A stretch of DNA of 64,000 nucleotides from Smithellaceae bacterium (GCA_963667845.2 CAXXVL010000002.1:256001-320000); one strand, 5' to 3'. Positions 1 to 11,495 are shown, counted from the first letter of the stretch. The notes: generated by a model from the letters alone, not told the origin. Program-made: numbers and translations.

Positions 1-907
1 CCGTCCAAACCACTGTATGGGTTCTTATGGATTCCGATCCCCGGCTTATTCCGTAGGGAACGGTTTCAATCACCTGATCGCCCGAAGGCGGCACGAGGTG
101 ACGCGACCGTCCCCGGCTTGCTGTGCCATTCTTATTGATGTCTTTGATTCCCCCATTTTGCAGAACAGCCATATCCGGCGTAACTTCGGCAACCGCAGCT
201 TTCAGACGCACGTCGACTCCCATCCGGTAAAGCCTTTCCATCGTGTAGTCGCGGATATTGCCGGGCATGGGTGAAACCAGATGGCCTGCCGCCTCCAGCA
301 GCAAAATCCGCACATCGGAAAAATCAATGGTGGGATAGTCCTTGACGAGCGGTCCCGCAATCAGTTCGGCCAGCGCCCCCGCATACTCCACGCCGGTCGC
401 CCCGCCACCCACGATGACAAAGGTCAGCAGGCTTTTTCTCCGGACTGCGTCGGTCTCGTGCGCCGCCGCCTCAAAACAGCAGATGATGTGATTCTTCAAC
501 GCGACGGCTTCCTCAAGCGTTTTGAGAAAATAGGCATGCTCGGCGACACCCGGCACGCCGAAGGTTGCGGTGACGCTGCCGGTGGACAGGATCAGGTAAT
601 CGTAGGCAACCGGACGGTCATCCGTTTCGATGATCCGGTTTTGCAGATCAATGCGCCGGGCGTGGGCCAGGACGAAATCAATATTGGGAATGTTCCAGAA
701 AACGCTGCGCACCGGGTAGGCGATATCTTCAGCGTCCAGTTCCGCGGCCGCCACCTGGTAGAGCAGCGCCAGAAAGGTGTGGTAGTTGTTGCGGTCGATG
801 ACCACGACATCCACCGGTTGATGGGCAAGCGTTCGCGCGGCCCACAGACCGCCGAAGCCCGCCCCGACGATGACGACTTTCGGCTTTTTATTTTCGGTTG
901 GATTCAT
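1..907 (-). CDS. ndh: Type II NADH dehydrogenase (NDH-2), runs off the left edge
   Basis: Not in the ORF track. Manual translation from ATG at 907: MNPTENKKPKVVIVGAGFGGLWAARTLAHQPVDVVVIDRNNYHTFLALLYQVAAAEL; second dinucleotide motif IVGGGATGVEYAG. Confidence 0.9.
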   Translation of the reverse strand, partial: MNPTENKKPKVVIVGAGFGGLWAARTLAHQPVDVVVIDRNNYHTFLALLYQVAAAELDAEDIAYPVRSVFWNIPNIDFVLAHARRIDLQNRIIETDDRPVAYDYLILSTGSVTATFGVPGVAEHAYFLKTLEEAVALKNHIICCFEAAAHETDAVRRKSLLTFVIVGGGATGVEYAGALAELIAGPLVKDYPTIDFSDVRILLLEAAGHLVSPMPGNIRDYTMERLYRMGVDVRLKAAVAEVTPDMAVLQNGGIKDINKNGTASRGRSRHLVPPSGDQVIETVPYGISRGSESIRTHTVVWT

Positions 908-923
908 CTTGACCCTTTAATTT

Positions 924-957
924 CCCTCTCCTTCAGGGGGAGAGGGTTAGGGTGAGG
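924..957. repeat. BoxC/REP-like palindromic element
   Basis: CCCTCTCC-ttcaggg-GGAGAGGG hairpin followed by TTAGGGTGAGG, resembling the widespread CCCTCACCCTAACCCTCTCCC intergenic repeat. Confidence 0.55.
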
Positions 958-1081
958 AAGAAGACCGTGTACGACCCAGCACTAAAGTCATACAATATCA
1001 CTCTTGCCCGGTTAACACTGCCTGTGATGATTCACCTGTATCAAGGAATTGCCCCTCCCGCGGCAGGAGGGGTAATTGGAG

Positions 1082-3592
1082 TTATCTCTTTTTTGAAACC
1101 GGCTTCACGGCAGATGCCGGTTTTTTCTTTTTTATTTTCACCGCCGGTTTCGGGCTTTTCTGCGGCGCGGTTTTCGCCTTTTCAGGCCTCACCTTGCCCG
1201 TCTTTTTTTCCTTCGCAGGTTCCAGCGCCAGTTTTACGACGTCCATCATGTCGGTCATAAAGTGGAACTCGATATTCTTCTGCACGTTGGCCGGAATGTC
1301 TTCCAGGTCTTTCTCGTTCCATGCCGGCAGCAGAATAGTCTTAATACCGGCGCGATAGGCGGCCAGCACTTTTTCCTTGATGCCGCCCACCGGCAGCACC
1401 GCGCCGCGCAGCGTGATTTCTCCGGTCATCGCCAATTGCTTTTTGACCTTGCGATTGGTGATGAGAGACATCAGGGCCGTGAGCATCGTCACGCCCGCCG
1501 ACGGCCCGTCCTTGGGTGTCGCGCCCGCCGGAACATGGATATGGATGTCCACATTTTCAAAGAAATCCGGGTCCACACCCAGTTCCTTGGCATTGGTACG
1601 GATGAAGCTTAAGGCCGCCGTGACGGATTCCTTCATGACGTCGCCCAGCTGGCCGGTCAGCGTCAGACCCTTCTTGCCTTTCATGGCCGTGGCTTCAATA
1701 AAGAGCATATCGCCGCCCACCGGCGTCCAGGCAAGCCCGATGGCAATGCCGGGCCGGGTAATGCGCCAGTCGATATCGGTCGGGACGCGCACGGCGCCCA
1801 GATACCGGTGAATATCTCTTTCCGACACGGTCTTGGATTTGATAAGGCCCTCGGCAATCTGCGCAGCCACGCCGCGGCAGGCATTGGCAATTTCGCGCTC
1901 CAGGTTGCGCACGCCCGCTTCACGCGTGTACCCGGTAATAATCGTCAAAAGCGCCTTGGTCGTCAGCTTGAATTGCGACGCCGTCAGACCGTTTTCCTTC
2001 AGCTGCCGCGGGATCAGATACTTCTCGGCAATCTTCACCTTCTCCTCCTGCGTGTAGCCGGTCAGTTCAATGACTTCCAGGCGATCCAGCAGCGCCGGAG
2101 GAATCGTGTCGAGCATATTGGCCGTCGCAATGAACAGGACCTTGGACAGATCAAAGGGCACGTCCAGATAATGGTCGGTAAAGGTGTTGTTCTGCTGGGG
2201 GTCCAAAACCTCCAAAAGCGCGGACGAAGGATCGCCCCGGTAATCGCTGCCGAGTTTATCGATTTCGTCGAGCATGAACACGGGATTGTTGGACTCTGCG
2301 CGCCTCAGCCCCTGGATAACACGCCCCGGCAAAGCACCGATGTAGGTGCGGCGATGGCCGCGAATTTCCGCCTCATCGCGCATGCCGCCCAGTGCCATGC
2401 GCACAAACTTGCGCCCCAGCGACCGCGCAATAGAATGCCCCAGCGACGTCTTGCCCGTGCCCGGAGGGCCCACAAAGCAAAGAATCGGCCCCTTGGAATC
2501 CGGCTTCAGCTTGCGCACAGCCAGATATTCAACGATGCGCTTTTTCGGTTTTGCAAGCCCGTAATGGTCGTCATCCAGAATCTGGCGCGCCTTGACGATG
2601 TCCAGATTGTCCGTGGTAGCCTTATGCCAGGGCAGCGCCGTAATCCAGTCGAGATACGTTGACGAAACCGTATATTCCGCCGAAGACGGATGCATGCGCG
2701 ACAGCCGGTCCAATTCCCGTTCAGCTTCTTTTTTCGCCTCCTCGGGAAGGTTGGCTTCGTCTATTTTCTTTCGATACTCGTCCGTCTCCACAACGTTTTC
2801 ATCAGTCTCGCCCAGCTCCTGTTTGATGGCTTTCAGCTGCTGACGCAGGTAGTAATCCCGCTGGCTCTTATCGATATCATCCTTGACCTTCGTCTGAATC
2901 TTATTGCCCAACTCCAGGACTTCCATCTGGTGATTAACCAGTTTGGTCAACTCCCGGAGACGTTCTTTGACATCGACGTTACCCAGGACCTTTTGCTTTT
3001 CCTCCACCGGGGCATTGATGATGGACGCGATCAGATCGGCGAGCGTCCCTGCTTCGGTAATGGATTTGGCCATGGGCCCGAACTCCGGCGGCAGAAACGG
3101 CGACAATTTCAGAATGCGGTCGAAAAGCGACAGCAGATTCGCCATCAACGCCTCGGTCTCGATATCTTTGACATCCGTTTCTTCAAGGATTTTAATGCGA
3201 GCCTGCTGGTAGGGTTTGCCCTCCTCTTCAATCAATTCGACAATCGAGAAGCGGCTGATGCCCTGAAGTAGCATCTGGGTCCTGTTCTCCGACGCTTTGG
3301 CCATCTTCAGAATGACGGCGCAGGTGCCGACGGCATGCAGGTCATCCAGCGTATAGTGGTTGGGTGTGGCCGGCTCCTTCTTCGCCATGACAAGACCGAC
3401 CAGGCGGTCCTTGGTCATCGCTTCGTCCACGAGGACGGATGCACTGCCCGTGACCTCCAGGGGAATCATGGTTTTGGGAAACACGAGCACATTGCCCAGC
3501 GGAAGGATAGGAATGACTTCCGGAATATTGAAACCGCCTTTATTTTCCACTTTATTTTCGACTGTATTTTCAGACCCGTCTTGTTGAGTCAT
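1082..3592 (-). CDS. lon: ATP-dependent protease La (Lon)
   Basis: Lon N domain, Walker A GPPGTGKT, catalytic PKDGPSAG; GGAGG RBS before ATG at 3592. Confidence 0.97.
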   Translation of the reverse strand: MTQQDGSENTVENKVENKGGFNIPEVIPILPLGNVLVFPKTMIPLEVTGSASVLVDEAMTKDRLVGLVMAKKEPATPNHYTLDDLHAVGTCAVILKMAKASENRTQMLLQGISRFSIVELIEEEGKPYQQARIKILEETDVKDIETEALMANLLSLFDRILKLSPFLPPEFGPMAKSITEAGTLADLIASIINAPVEEKQKVLGNVDVKERLRELTKLVNHQMEVLELGNKIQTKVKDDIDKSQRDYYLRQQLKAIKQELGETDENVVETDEYRKKIDEANLPEEAKKEAERELDRLSRMHPSSAEYTVSSTYLDWITALPWHKATTDNLDIVKARQILDDDHYGLAKPKKRIVEYLAVRKLKPDSKGPILCFVGPPGTGKTSLGHSIARSLGRKFVRMALGGMRDEAEIRGHRRTYIGALPGRVIQGLRRAESNNPVFMLDEIDKLGSDYRGDPSSALLEVLDPQQNNTFTDHYLDVPFDLSKVLFIATANMLDTIPPALLDRLEVIELTGYTQEEKVKIAEKYLIPRQLKENGLTASQFKLTTKALLTIITGYTREAGVRNLEREIANACRGVAAQIAEGLIKSKTVSERDIHRYLGAVRVPTDIDWRITRPGIAIGLAWTPVGGDMLFIEATAMKGKKGLTLTGQLGDVMKESVTAALSFIRTNAKELGVDPDFFENVDIHIHVPAGATPKDGPSAGVTMLTALMSLITNRKVKKQLAMTGEITLRGAVLPVGGIKEKVLAAYRAGIKTILLPAWNEKDLEDIPANVQKNIEFHFMTDMMDVVKLALEPAKEKKTGKVRPEKAKTAPQKSPKPAVKIKKKKPASAVKPVSKKR

Positions 3593-3629
3593 GGTAACCT
3601 CCAAATGTTGATGTCGAGTAATCGGTCAG

Positions 3630-4064
3630 CTATTCGGTCGAAATGACCACCCTGTGCATTTTACTGGCCGGTAATTTATTGATCCTTACGACCAGAATGC
3701 CGTCCGCGTAGGACGCAACTGCTGATTGGGCATCCACCGGTGCGGGCAGGACAATGTTTCTTTCAAAATAGCCATGCGGAATTTCCGCCTGAACATAGCG
3801 CGCATTGTGCAGAAGCTGAATCGCTTTGCGGATGCCCGCGATTTTCATCTTCTTGCGGTCCACCTCGATGTGCAGTTCTTCCCGGTCGAGACCCGCCATA
3901 TCCGCAAGGACGATGACTTCCTCAACCGATTCATACACATCGACGTTGGGGCGCCAGAATTCATAGTTACTGAAAGCCGGGCGCACCAGATGAAAGACTT
4001 CATCCACCGCTTTTTGAAATTCATCTTCAAAATTACTGCCAAAATTAATTTTTATGTAAGTCAT
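3630..4064 (-). CDS. Hsp20/alpha-crystallin small heat-shock protein
   Basis: WRPNVDVYE, GYFERNIVLP, YADGILVVRI motifs; co-oriented upstream of lon. Confidence 0.9.
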   Translation of the reverse strand: MTYIKINFGSNFEDEFQKAVDEVFHLVRPAFSNYEFWRPNVDVYESVEEVIVLADMAGLDREELHIEVDRKKMKIAGIRKAIQLLHNARYVQAEIPHGYFERNIVLPAPVDAQSAVASYADGILVVRINKLPASKMHRVVISTE

Positions 4065-4359
4065 TTCCGCCGCCTCTTGGATTAGTTTTTTGAATTCCTG
4101 GGCAAATTATAGTTATTGGACGCCGATTTGTAAAGACTGCCTGTCAAACCCGGGAACATCACGCTGAAATCAGCCCCCACACCGGTTTGTTCGCCTCAGG
4201 CAGAGAGCCCCCAAAAAATAGCTGGTTAAATAAACCATACTTTGCTATGGGTAAGCTCGCTTTGCTAAAAAAATTAGCGTAATGGACATCCCTTCGGTAA
4301 AGAATAGCTTTATCCTATCCGATACGAATTCACCCAGATGACCCATAAGAAAGAGAAAA

Positions 4360-6180
4360 ATGAAAAAAGATCATTTAAGAAATGTTGCTATTATTGCCCA
4401 TGTTGATCATGGGAAAACCACGCTGCTCAATGCGATGCTGAAGCAAACCGGCATTTTCCGCGCCAATCAGGCCGTGGAAGACCGTGTCATGGATTCCATG
4501 GCCCTGGAAAAGGAACGCGGCATCACGATTGCGGCCAAGAATACCGCGATCGACTATCACGGCGTGAAAATCAATATCGTCGATACGCCCGGCCATGCCG
4601 ACTTCGGCGGCGAAGTCGAACGCAGCCTCAACATGGTGGACGGCGCAATGCTGCTGGTCGATGCCAGCGAAGGTCCGCTGCCGCAGACCCGCTTTGTGTT
4701 GAAAAAAGCACTGGCGCTGCATCTGCCGATCATTTTGGTTATCAATAAAATAGACCGCCCCGACGCCCGCATCGAGGAAGTCATCAACGAGACGTATGAT
4801 CTTTTTATCGATCTGGGCGCCGAAGAGCATCAAATCGAGTTCCCGATTTTATACACCAACTCCAAGATCGGCGTCAGCCACAAGAAACTTGGCGACGACA
4901 GCGCCGATCTTCAGCCTCTTCTGCAGGCCATTATTGACTCCATCCCGGCGCCTGTGGGCGATGATGACGGCAATACGCAATTCCTGGTCACCAACCTGGA
5001 TTATGATTCTTATGTCGGTCAGATTGCCGTCGGCCGCCTGCAAAGCGGAAAGCTGGAAATGAATAAACTCTATACCCTGTGCGCAAAAGAAAAAACCGTG
5101 AGCGGTGTGAAACTGTCCGCGCTTTATGAGTTTCACGGACTGGCTAAAAAATCGGTCACCGTCGCGGAATCAGGCGATATTCTTTCGCTGGCCGGCGTGG
5201 AAAATGTCACCATCGGCGATACGATTTCGTCCCTGGATAATCCGCAGCCTCTGCCGCGTTTGATCGTAGACGAGCCGACCGTCTCCATGATCTTTTACGT
5301 CAATGACGGACCCTTTGCCGGCAAAGAAGGAAAATATTTAACGTCCCGCCATTTACTGGAACGCCTCGAAAAAGAATCCCTGCGTAACGTCGCCGTCAAA
5401 ATCAAAAAGCTCGGCCGCACCGACGCATTTGAAGTGTGCGGACGCGGAGAACTGCAGATGGCCGTGCTCATCGAAACCATGCGCCGTGAAGGATTCGAAA
5501 TGGCCGTGTCCAAGCCGCAGGTCATCACCAAAAAACAGGACGGTAAAATCCTCGAACCGGTAGAGAGACTATTTTTGGACATCCCGGAAGAATTTGTCGG
5601 CAGAATCACGGAAAAGCTGTCCATCCGCAAGGGAAGGCTCGAAAGCCTGGTAAATAAAGGCAGCGGCCGGGTCAGCATGGAATTCCTGATCCCCTCGCGC
5701 GGCCTGATCGGCTTCCGCAGCCAGTTCCTGACGGACACCAAAGGCGGCGGCGTGATGAATTCTCTCCTGGAAGACTACGCGCCGTGGTTTGGCGCCATTC
5801 CCCAGCGCAGCACGGGCGTGCTCGTAGCAGACCGCGCCGGTCGTGTGACGGGTTACGCCAGTTTCGCGATGGAAGACCGCGGCGAAATGCTTGTGGACGT
5901 CGGAATGGAAGTCTACGCCGGCATGGTCGTCGGAGAGCGCAACCGCACACAGGATTTGAACGTCAATATCGTCAAGGAAAAGAAGCTGACCAACATGCGG
6001 GCATCCACGTCCGACGCCACCATCATCCTGCGCCCGCCGCGGATTTTGTCTCTGGATCAGGCCATCGAATTCATCGCCGAAGACGAACTGGTGGAAGTCA
6101 CACCGCAAAGCGTGCGTCTGCGCAAGATGGAGCTCGACGCCACGCGCCGTCAGATGAAAGCCCGTCGGGAGGATGATTAG
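4360..6180 (+). CDS. typA: Translational GTPase TypA/BipA
   Basis: [34 protein letters not shown]-terminal KKLTNMRA. Confidence 0.97.
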   Translation: MKKDHLRNVAIIAHVDHGKTTLLNAMLKQTGIFRANQAVEDRVMDSMALEKERGITIAAKNTAIDYHGVKINIVDTPGHADFGGEVERSLNMVDGAMLLVDASEGPLPQTRFVLKKALALHLPIILVINKIDRPDARIEEVINETYDLFIDLGAEEHQIEFPILYTNSKIGVSHKKLGDDSADLQPLLQAIIDSIPAPVGDDDGNTQFLVTNLDYDSYVGQIAVGRLQSGKLEMNKLYTLCAKEKTVSGVKLSALYEFHGLAKKSVTVAESGDILSLAGVENVTIGDTISSLDNPQPLPRLIVDEPTVSMIFYVNDGPFAGKEGKYLTSRHLLERLEKESLRNVAVKIKKLGRTDAFEVCGRGELQMAVLIETMRREGFEMAVSKPQVITKKQDGKILEPVERLFLDIPEEFVGRITEKLSIRKGRLESLVNKGSGRVSMEFLIPSRGLIGFRSQFLTDTKGGGVMNSLLEDYAPWFGAIPQRSTGVLVADRAGRVTGYASFAMEDRGEMLVDVGMEVYAGMVVGERNRTQDLNVNIVKEKKLTNMRASTSDATIILRPPRILSLDQAIEFIAEDELVEVTPQSVRLRKMELDATRRQMKARREDD

Positions 6181-6317
6181 ACCAAAAATTTGCCCCTGGC
6201 AGGATGCAGATAGATTGAGTCACTCACCAATTCGCGAGGCCGTCAGGCACGCTCCCATGGCCGGCATTTTTATCTGAGGAGATGGAACAAGTCATTTTGG
6301 GATATGAGGCGGATGGG

Positions 6318-6659
6318 TTAATCTGCGTATTTCAGACACTGTCTCAGATTTCCATCCCGGTAAAAAATGATCTGACCGTCTGCCTGACAATTCGTGTCGC
6401 CGATTGTCACATTGTCGGACAAGACACACGATTCCAGTTTATCGCCGTCGTAAAACCTGATGGCCGCGAAATCTTTACACACGACACCATTGATAAAATA
6501 TTTATCTTTGAGCGTGCATTCTTTTAACGATCCGTCGTCGTTGACCGTGACGAATGACCCATCACTGCAGATAGACTTATCAGCAGCCTGGAGAGTTAAA
6601 GCCGCAGTAAGCAGACAAAGATAAATAACGGCACAAATAAAAGCTGTCCTCTTAATCAT
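6318..6659 (-). CDS. Small secreted hypothetical protein with three Cys-containing beta repeats
   Basis: Signal peptide, repeated C...(D/N)G.L..C.L pattern, GGAGG RBS. Confidence 0.7.
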   Translation of the reverse strand: MIKRTAFICAVIYLCLLTAALTLQAADKSICSDGSFVTVNDDGSLKECTLKDKYFINGVVCKDFAAIRFYDGDKLESCVLSDNVTIGDTNCQADGQIIFYRDGNLRQCLKYAD

Positions 6660-6909
6660 ATCTGTTCCTCCTTATTCTTCAATTTCAGCCTCACACGGCA
6701 TCTATCGTCCAGGGCTCACTATTCTTTTTAAATATATCGTCAAAAAAGGATTCGTCAATGAAACGAAGAGCTGCGGATGTTCGTCATATTCATCATTTAT
6801 CTTTTTCGAAGTTAATCGCCTGCCGGCCCTTTTTGACATCTGAACTGCCGGCCTTACATTAGCCCTGTGGCCTCCGGACAGTTGGCGGAGGATCCAAAAA
6901 GAGGCGTTG

Positions 6910-7644
6910 ATGCGAAATCACAAATGGAGTTTTACACTCTCCGCGGTCGGTTTCATTACCGCAGCCTTGTCGATCCTGATTTCGGCGACTGCCGGGCTGG
7001 GCATCCGGTTCGAGTGGTTTAATTTCCGCATCGGATTGGAGATTCTGAGTCTCTCCGTCATCGTCGCCCTCGCGGCCGCCGCCGTTTCCGTCATTGCCTT
7101 AATTGTCTTTCTCTTTACACCCCGAAAGGGATGGGTCTGGCTCTGCCTGGTGAGCCTGATCCTCAGCGTTCCGGTTGCCGGCTACCCGCTTTACATGCGT
7201 TACGCCGTCAACGTCCCGCCCATTCATGACATCACAACGGATACGGTCAATCCGCCCGCCTTCGTTTCAGTTCTTCCCTTGAGAAAAGATGCAGTCAATT
7301 CAGTCCGGTATGGCGGCCCGGAAACGGCTGCCCTGCAGATGAAGGCTTACCCCGATATTAAAACGCTCCCGCTGCACATGCCCGCAGACAAGGCTTTCTC
7401 CAAGGCAGTCGAGGCCGCCCGCTCTCTCGGTTGGAAGATCGTGGAAGCCTCGCCGCAGGACGGCCGGATTGAAGCAACGGCAGCAACGTTCTGGATGGGA
7501 TTCAAGGATGACATCGTCATCCGGATCACGGCGCGTGGCGGCCTCTGCGACATCGACATTCGTTCCGTTTCCCGCGTAGGCAAAAGCGACCTCGGCGCCA
7601 ACGCCAAACGAATCAGACGATTTCTGGCCGAAATGCGGAAATGA
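6910..7644 (+). CDS. DUF1499 membrane protein
   Basis: Three TM segments, PPIHDITTD, GFKDDIVIRI, RSVSRVGKSDLGANAKRI. Confidence 0.9.
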   Translation: MRNHKWSFTLSAVGFITAALSILISATAGLGIRFEWFNFRIGLEILSLSVIVALAAAAVSVIALIVFLFTPRKGWVWLCLVSLILSVPVAGYPLYMRYAVNVPPIHDITTDTVNPPAFVSVLPLRKDAVNSVRYGGPETAALQMKAYPDIKTLPLHMPADKAFSKAVEAARSLGWKIVEASPQDGRIEATAATFWMGFKDDIVIRITARGGLCDIDIRSVSRVGKSDLGANAKRIRRFLAEMRK

Positions 7645-7854
7645 CTTAAGGAGCGGAATCGACTCCGAGCGTTTCATGCCGATCCGGCAGCTTACCCCAT
7701 ATTTTGCCTGTCAGTATCCTGTCGGAAAACTACCATTGTGTTTCTTATTTAGCCTCCCTAGGTTAATTTTTATATATAGAAGCCATGTTCGCCGTTTACT
7801 GCAGGCGTGAGAGCAGAAGAGAAACTATCGGCAATATTTAAAGGAGGGTACGCA

Positions 7855-8334
7855 ATGGATAGACGAACTTTTTTAAAAGGTGCAGCCGTCGGGTCCGTTT
7901 CACTGGGCCTCGCCGGCATCGTCAGCGCCGCTGATCTGTATTTTCCCGACAAGGTGGATATGACCTTGTTCGAGGGGATCAACCGGGTCAAAAATCCCGC
8001 CAAGAAGACGCATCTGGAAGAAACCCATGCGCCGTTCTTTGTTGCGCCCGCTTCCGTGAAAGCGGGTGTACCTTTTCCGGTCGAAATCAGCGTCGGAGAG
8101 AGCCTGCATGTGATGATGCCGGCACATTGGATCGGTTACATTGCGCTCAGGCTCGGCAATGAACCGGCCGGCAGGGTTGAACTGGAACCCCGGGGCTACC
8201 TGACACCCAAGGCTGTATTCAACGTTGTTGTGCCGAAGGACGCGGCCCCCGGCGGTAAGATTACCCTGGTTGCCACCCAGCACTGCAACCTCCACGGCAC
8301 ATGGGAATCGACATGTGACGTTACCGTGACCTGA
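7855..8334 (+). CDS. Superoxide reductase (neelaredoxin/desulfoferrodoxin catalytic domain) with Tat signal
   Basis: MDRRTFLK twin-arginine motif; EETHAP, HVMMPAHWI, CNLHG ligand set; GGAGG RBS. Confidence 0.85.
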   Translation: MDRRTFLKGAAVGSVSLGLAGIVSAADLYFPDKVDMTLFEGINRVKNPAKKTHLEETHAPFFVAPASVKAGVPFPVEISVGESLHVMMPAHWIGYIALRLGNEPAGRVELEPRGYLTPKAVFNVVVPKDAAPGGKITLVATQHCNLHGTWESTCDVTVT

Positions 8335-8393
8335 CAGCCGTCCGGCACCTGGTGATTTGATTCAAGAGACTCTTGCCCGAAGGGGATGTCGCA

Positions 8394-8936
8394 ATGACAG
8401 TCTATACGATCGGCCATTCCACGCGGCCCATCGAATCGTTTATACAAATTCTTCGGACCCACGCCATAGAAAATGTGGTTGATATCCGAACGATTGCGAA
8501 GTCGAGACATAACCCTCAATATAATGAAGATGAGCTGCACCGAAGTTTAAAGAGCGAAGGTATTGGATACATTCACTTCCCGGGACTCGGCGGGCTGCGC
8601 CACACGACAAAAGCGTCGATCAATACCGGCTGGCGCAACGCATCCTTCCGCGGTTATGCCGATTATATGCAGACGCCGCAGTTTCAGGAGAATCTGGAAC
8701 GGCTCATCGACATTGTCCGCGAAAAGACAACGGTGATCCTGTGCGCTGAAGCCGTCCCCTGGCGCTGCCACCGTTCGCTCGTTGCCGACGCGCTCACTAT
8801 TCGGGGCATCTCGGTTCTGGACATCCTCGGCGAAACCGGCGTGCGACCGCATACCCTGACCCTGTTTGCAAAAATTGACGGTACAAGAATCACCTACCCC
8901 GCCATTGACCTTGTCCCCGCAGGGCCGGCCGGGTGA
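8394..8936 (+). CDS. DUF488 protein
   Basis: YTIGHSTR, VDIR, LCAEAVPWRCHRSLVAD. Confidence 0.9.
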   Translation: MTVYTIGHSTRPIESFIQILRTHAIENVVDIRTIAKSRHNPQYNEDELHRSLKSEGIGYIHFPGLGGLRHTTKASINTGWRNASFRGYADYMQTPQFQENLERLIDIVREKTTVILCAEAVPWRCHRSLVADALTIRGISVLDILGETGVRPHTLTLFAKIDGTRITYPAIDLVPAGPAG

Positions 8937-9036
8937 ATTGATTAAAAGCGGTGGGCAGCGTTCGTCATCAGGCGGCGATGCCGCAAGGCGGTCTTGCTGT
9001 TAACGAAAACGGGACACAGAAAAGGAGGCATTTATC

Positions 9037-9582
9037 ATGAAAGCGAGAATCATTTTCTTATTACTTTTTCCCGCGCTGGCTTTTATCGTCCAGGAAAGCG
9101 GCCCGGCTTTGGCGCAGGATAAATATTCTTTGAGCGAACCTAACGGAATATCATTTTCCGAAATCAAAGGATACGAAACCTGGCAGGTCATCGCGCCGAG
9201 CTACAGGACGGATAATCATGAAGTCCGGATCATTCTCGGAAACCCGGCCATGATTGCCGCCTATCAGAGCGGCATTCCGCAAAACGGCAAACCCTTTCCC
9301 GACGGAGCCACGATTGTCAAGATCGGCTGGTCGGAGCGAAAAAATCCCAGTTTCCCGGTGGCACTGGAATCGGACATCCTGCAGCGGGTCGAGTTTATCA
9401 TCAAGGACTCGAAGCGATTCCCGGACACCAGCGGCTGGGGATATGCCCGTTTCGTCTATGACGCAAAAATGGGGACGTATACGCCTTATGGGAAAGAAGC
9501 CTCTTTTGCCCGTGAATGCTACCAGTGCCATACGCTCGTGAAGCAGAAGGACTTTATATTTACGAGTTACCCCGTCCGCTGA
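9037..9582 (+). CDS. Cytochrome P460 family protein
   Basis: Signal peptide, FPDGATIVK, GWGYA, C-terminal CYQCH, DFIF. Confidence 0.85.
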   Translation: MKARIIFLLLFPALAFIVQESGPALAQDKYSLSEPNGISFSEIKGYETWQVIAPSYRTDNHEVRIILGNPAMIAAYQSGIPQNGKPFPDGATIVKIGWSERKNPSFPVALESDILQRVEFIIKDSKRFPDTSGWGYARFVYDAKMGTYTPYGKEASFARECYQCHTLVKQKDFIFTSYPVR

Positions 9583-9693
9583 CCGCAGGCCGGGCGCTGG
9601 ACGTTATTTTTGTCAGGTTGAGTATCGCCGTCGGGGCTTGCGAGCCTCGTCGCTTTGAAAACCCGGGAGGAAACCGCCTTTGGGGAGATGCTG

Positions 9694-10371
9694 ATGGGCT
9701 ACACGGGATCACCTTACCACGATCGAACAGAGGCCGGCCGACTCCTGGCCGAGCATTTGAAATCTGATCGTTTGGGCGATGTTTTAGTGCTGGCGATTCT
9801 GCGCGGCGGCGTCCCCGTGGCCTGTGAAGTCGCGCTGGCGCTCGGCTGCGACCTGGACATCATTGTGCCCAGAAAGATCCCGATTCCTCACAACACGGAG
9901 GCCGGATACGGCGCGGTAACGGAGGACGGCGTTATTGTCCTCAACGATCCGCTGGTCCGCGAGTTGCAATTGACCCGTGAACAGATCAATCGCCAGGCCG
10001 CGGCCGTGAAGAGCGAAATCGCCAGAAGGCAGGAGGTGTTCCGGAAAGTATTGGCACCCGTGCCGGTGAGCGGAAAGCCGGTCATCATCATCGATGACGG
10101 ACTGGCTTCGGGCTACACCATGGTGGCCGCCGTCCAGTCGGTTCGCAAGCGCGGTGCTAAGCTTGTTGTCGCCGCCGCCCCGGTGGCTTCGGAGAGCGGA
10201 TGGGAGCGGGTTCGCGATGCCGCCGACAAAATCATCTGTCCGATGATTTCGGAGGGCTACCCTTTTTCCGTAGCCAGTTTTTATGACGAATGGTATGATC
10301 TGACCGACGATGAGGTGATTCAGTATCTGGAAGCATTTAAAGTAAAGCGCGGGAGGCCGAGCCATGATTAA
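9694..10371 (+). CDS. Phosphoribosyltransferase family protein
   Basis: DRTEAGRLLA, RGGVPVA, IIIDDGLASG; start uncertain (9688 or 9694). Confidence 0.85.
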   Translation: MGYTGSPYHDRTEAGRLLAEHLKSDRLGDVLVLAILRGGVPVACEVALALGCDLDIIVPRKIPIPHNTEAGYGAVTEDGVIVLNDPLVRELQLTREQINRQAAAVKSEIARRQEVFRKVLAPVPVSGKPVIIIDDGLASGYTMVAAVQSVRKRGAKLVVAAAPVASESGWERVRDAADKIICPMISEGYPFSVASFYDEWYDLTDDEVIQYLEAFKVKRGRPSHD

Positions 10372-11374
10372 AGAAGCGCGTCTTTGGGAAAAACTGGATC
10401 AGGAGCGCGTGCACTGTTACCTGTGCGCCCATGAATGCAAAATCGCGGAATCGAAGTTCGGGGTGTGCGGTGTAAGGCAAAACAGGCAGGGAGCGCTCTT
10501 CACCACGATCTATGCCGACGTGATCGCCGCCAATATCGACCCCATCGAAAAGAAACCCCTCTACCATTTTCTGCCCGGATCGCGATCCTACTCCATCGCC
10601 ACGGTCGGCTGCAATTTCAAGTGCGGCTTTTGTCAAAACTGGCAAATTTCGCAAACATCGACCAGGGACGGCTACACCCACTCCCGGCACGAGGCACAGC
10701 CGGCAAAAGTGGTGGAAGAAGCGCGGAAACACGCCTGCCGGAGCATCTCCTATACCTACACGGAACCGACCATTTTCTTCGAGTATGCCTTTGACACCGC
10801 AAAACTGGCCCATGAAGCGGGGCTCTATAACGTCTTTGTCACCAACGGTTACATGACGAGGCCTGCCCTGGACATGATCCGGCCGTATCTGGATGCCGCC
10901 AATGTGGATTTAAAAAGTTTCAGCGACGATTCTTACCGGAAGAATTGCAAGGCCCGCCTGCAGCCCGTACTGGATACGATTGCGGCCATGAAAGCCCTCG
11001 GGGTCTGGGTGGAAGTGACAACGTTGGTGATCCCCGACGAAAATGATTCCGATGATGAGCTCAGGAAGATTGCGGAATTTCTGGCCGGTGTCGACCGGAT
11101 GATTCCCTGGCACATCAGCCGTTTTCATCCCGACTATGAATTCGCCCAGCACAAGGCCACGCCTCTCGAAACCCTGCACAAGGCGAAGGAAATAGGCCAG
11201 CAGGCCGGCTTGAACTTCATCTATCTGGGAAATGTCATGGAGGGCTCGAATACCGTTTGTTACCAGTGCCACAATCAAATTATCGAAAGACGCTACATGG
11301 GTCTCGACAGCACCCAGCTTACGGAGGGACATTGCCCGCACTGCGGAGCGGTCATCGCCGGCGTCTGGTCATGA
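10364..11374 (+). CDS. amrS: AmmeMemoRadiSam system radical SAM enzyme
   Basis: DPIEKKPLYHFLPG, CNFKCGFCQNW, YTYTEP. Confidence 0.9.
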   Translation: MIKEARLWEKLDQERVHCYLCAHECKIAESKFGVCGVRQNRQGALFTTIYADVIAANIDPIEKKPLYHFLPGSRSYSIATVGCNFKCGFCQNWQISQTSTRDGYTHSRHEAQPAKVVEEARKHACRSISYTYTEPTIFFEYAFDTAKLAHEAGLYNVFVTNGYMTRPALDMIRPYLDAANVDLKSFSDDSYRKNCKARLQPVLDTIAAMKALGVWVEVTTLVIPDENDSDDELRKIAEFLAGVDRMIPWHISRFHPDYEFAQHKATPLETLHKAKEIGQQAGLNFIYLGNVMEGSNTVCYQCHNQIIERRYMGLDSTQLTEGHCPHCGAVIAGVWS

Positions 11375-11495
11375 CATCATTTGGCGGCTGCTTGCGATAT
11401 CACCTTAAGGAAGGCGATCACTGAACAGTTATTGCCAGATCAAGGCCATTCGGCCCAAACAAATTAAGGGTATCATCAGAGAAAGGAGTTGCATC

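Noticed and set aside
281..955. 224-aa plus-strand ORF
   Set aside because: Antisense shadow of the minus-strand ndh gene
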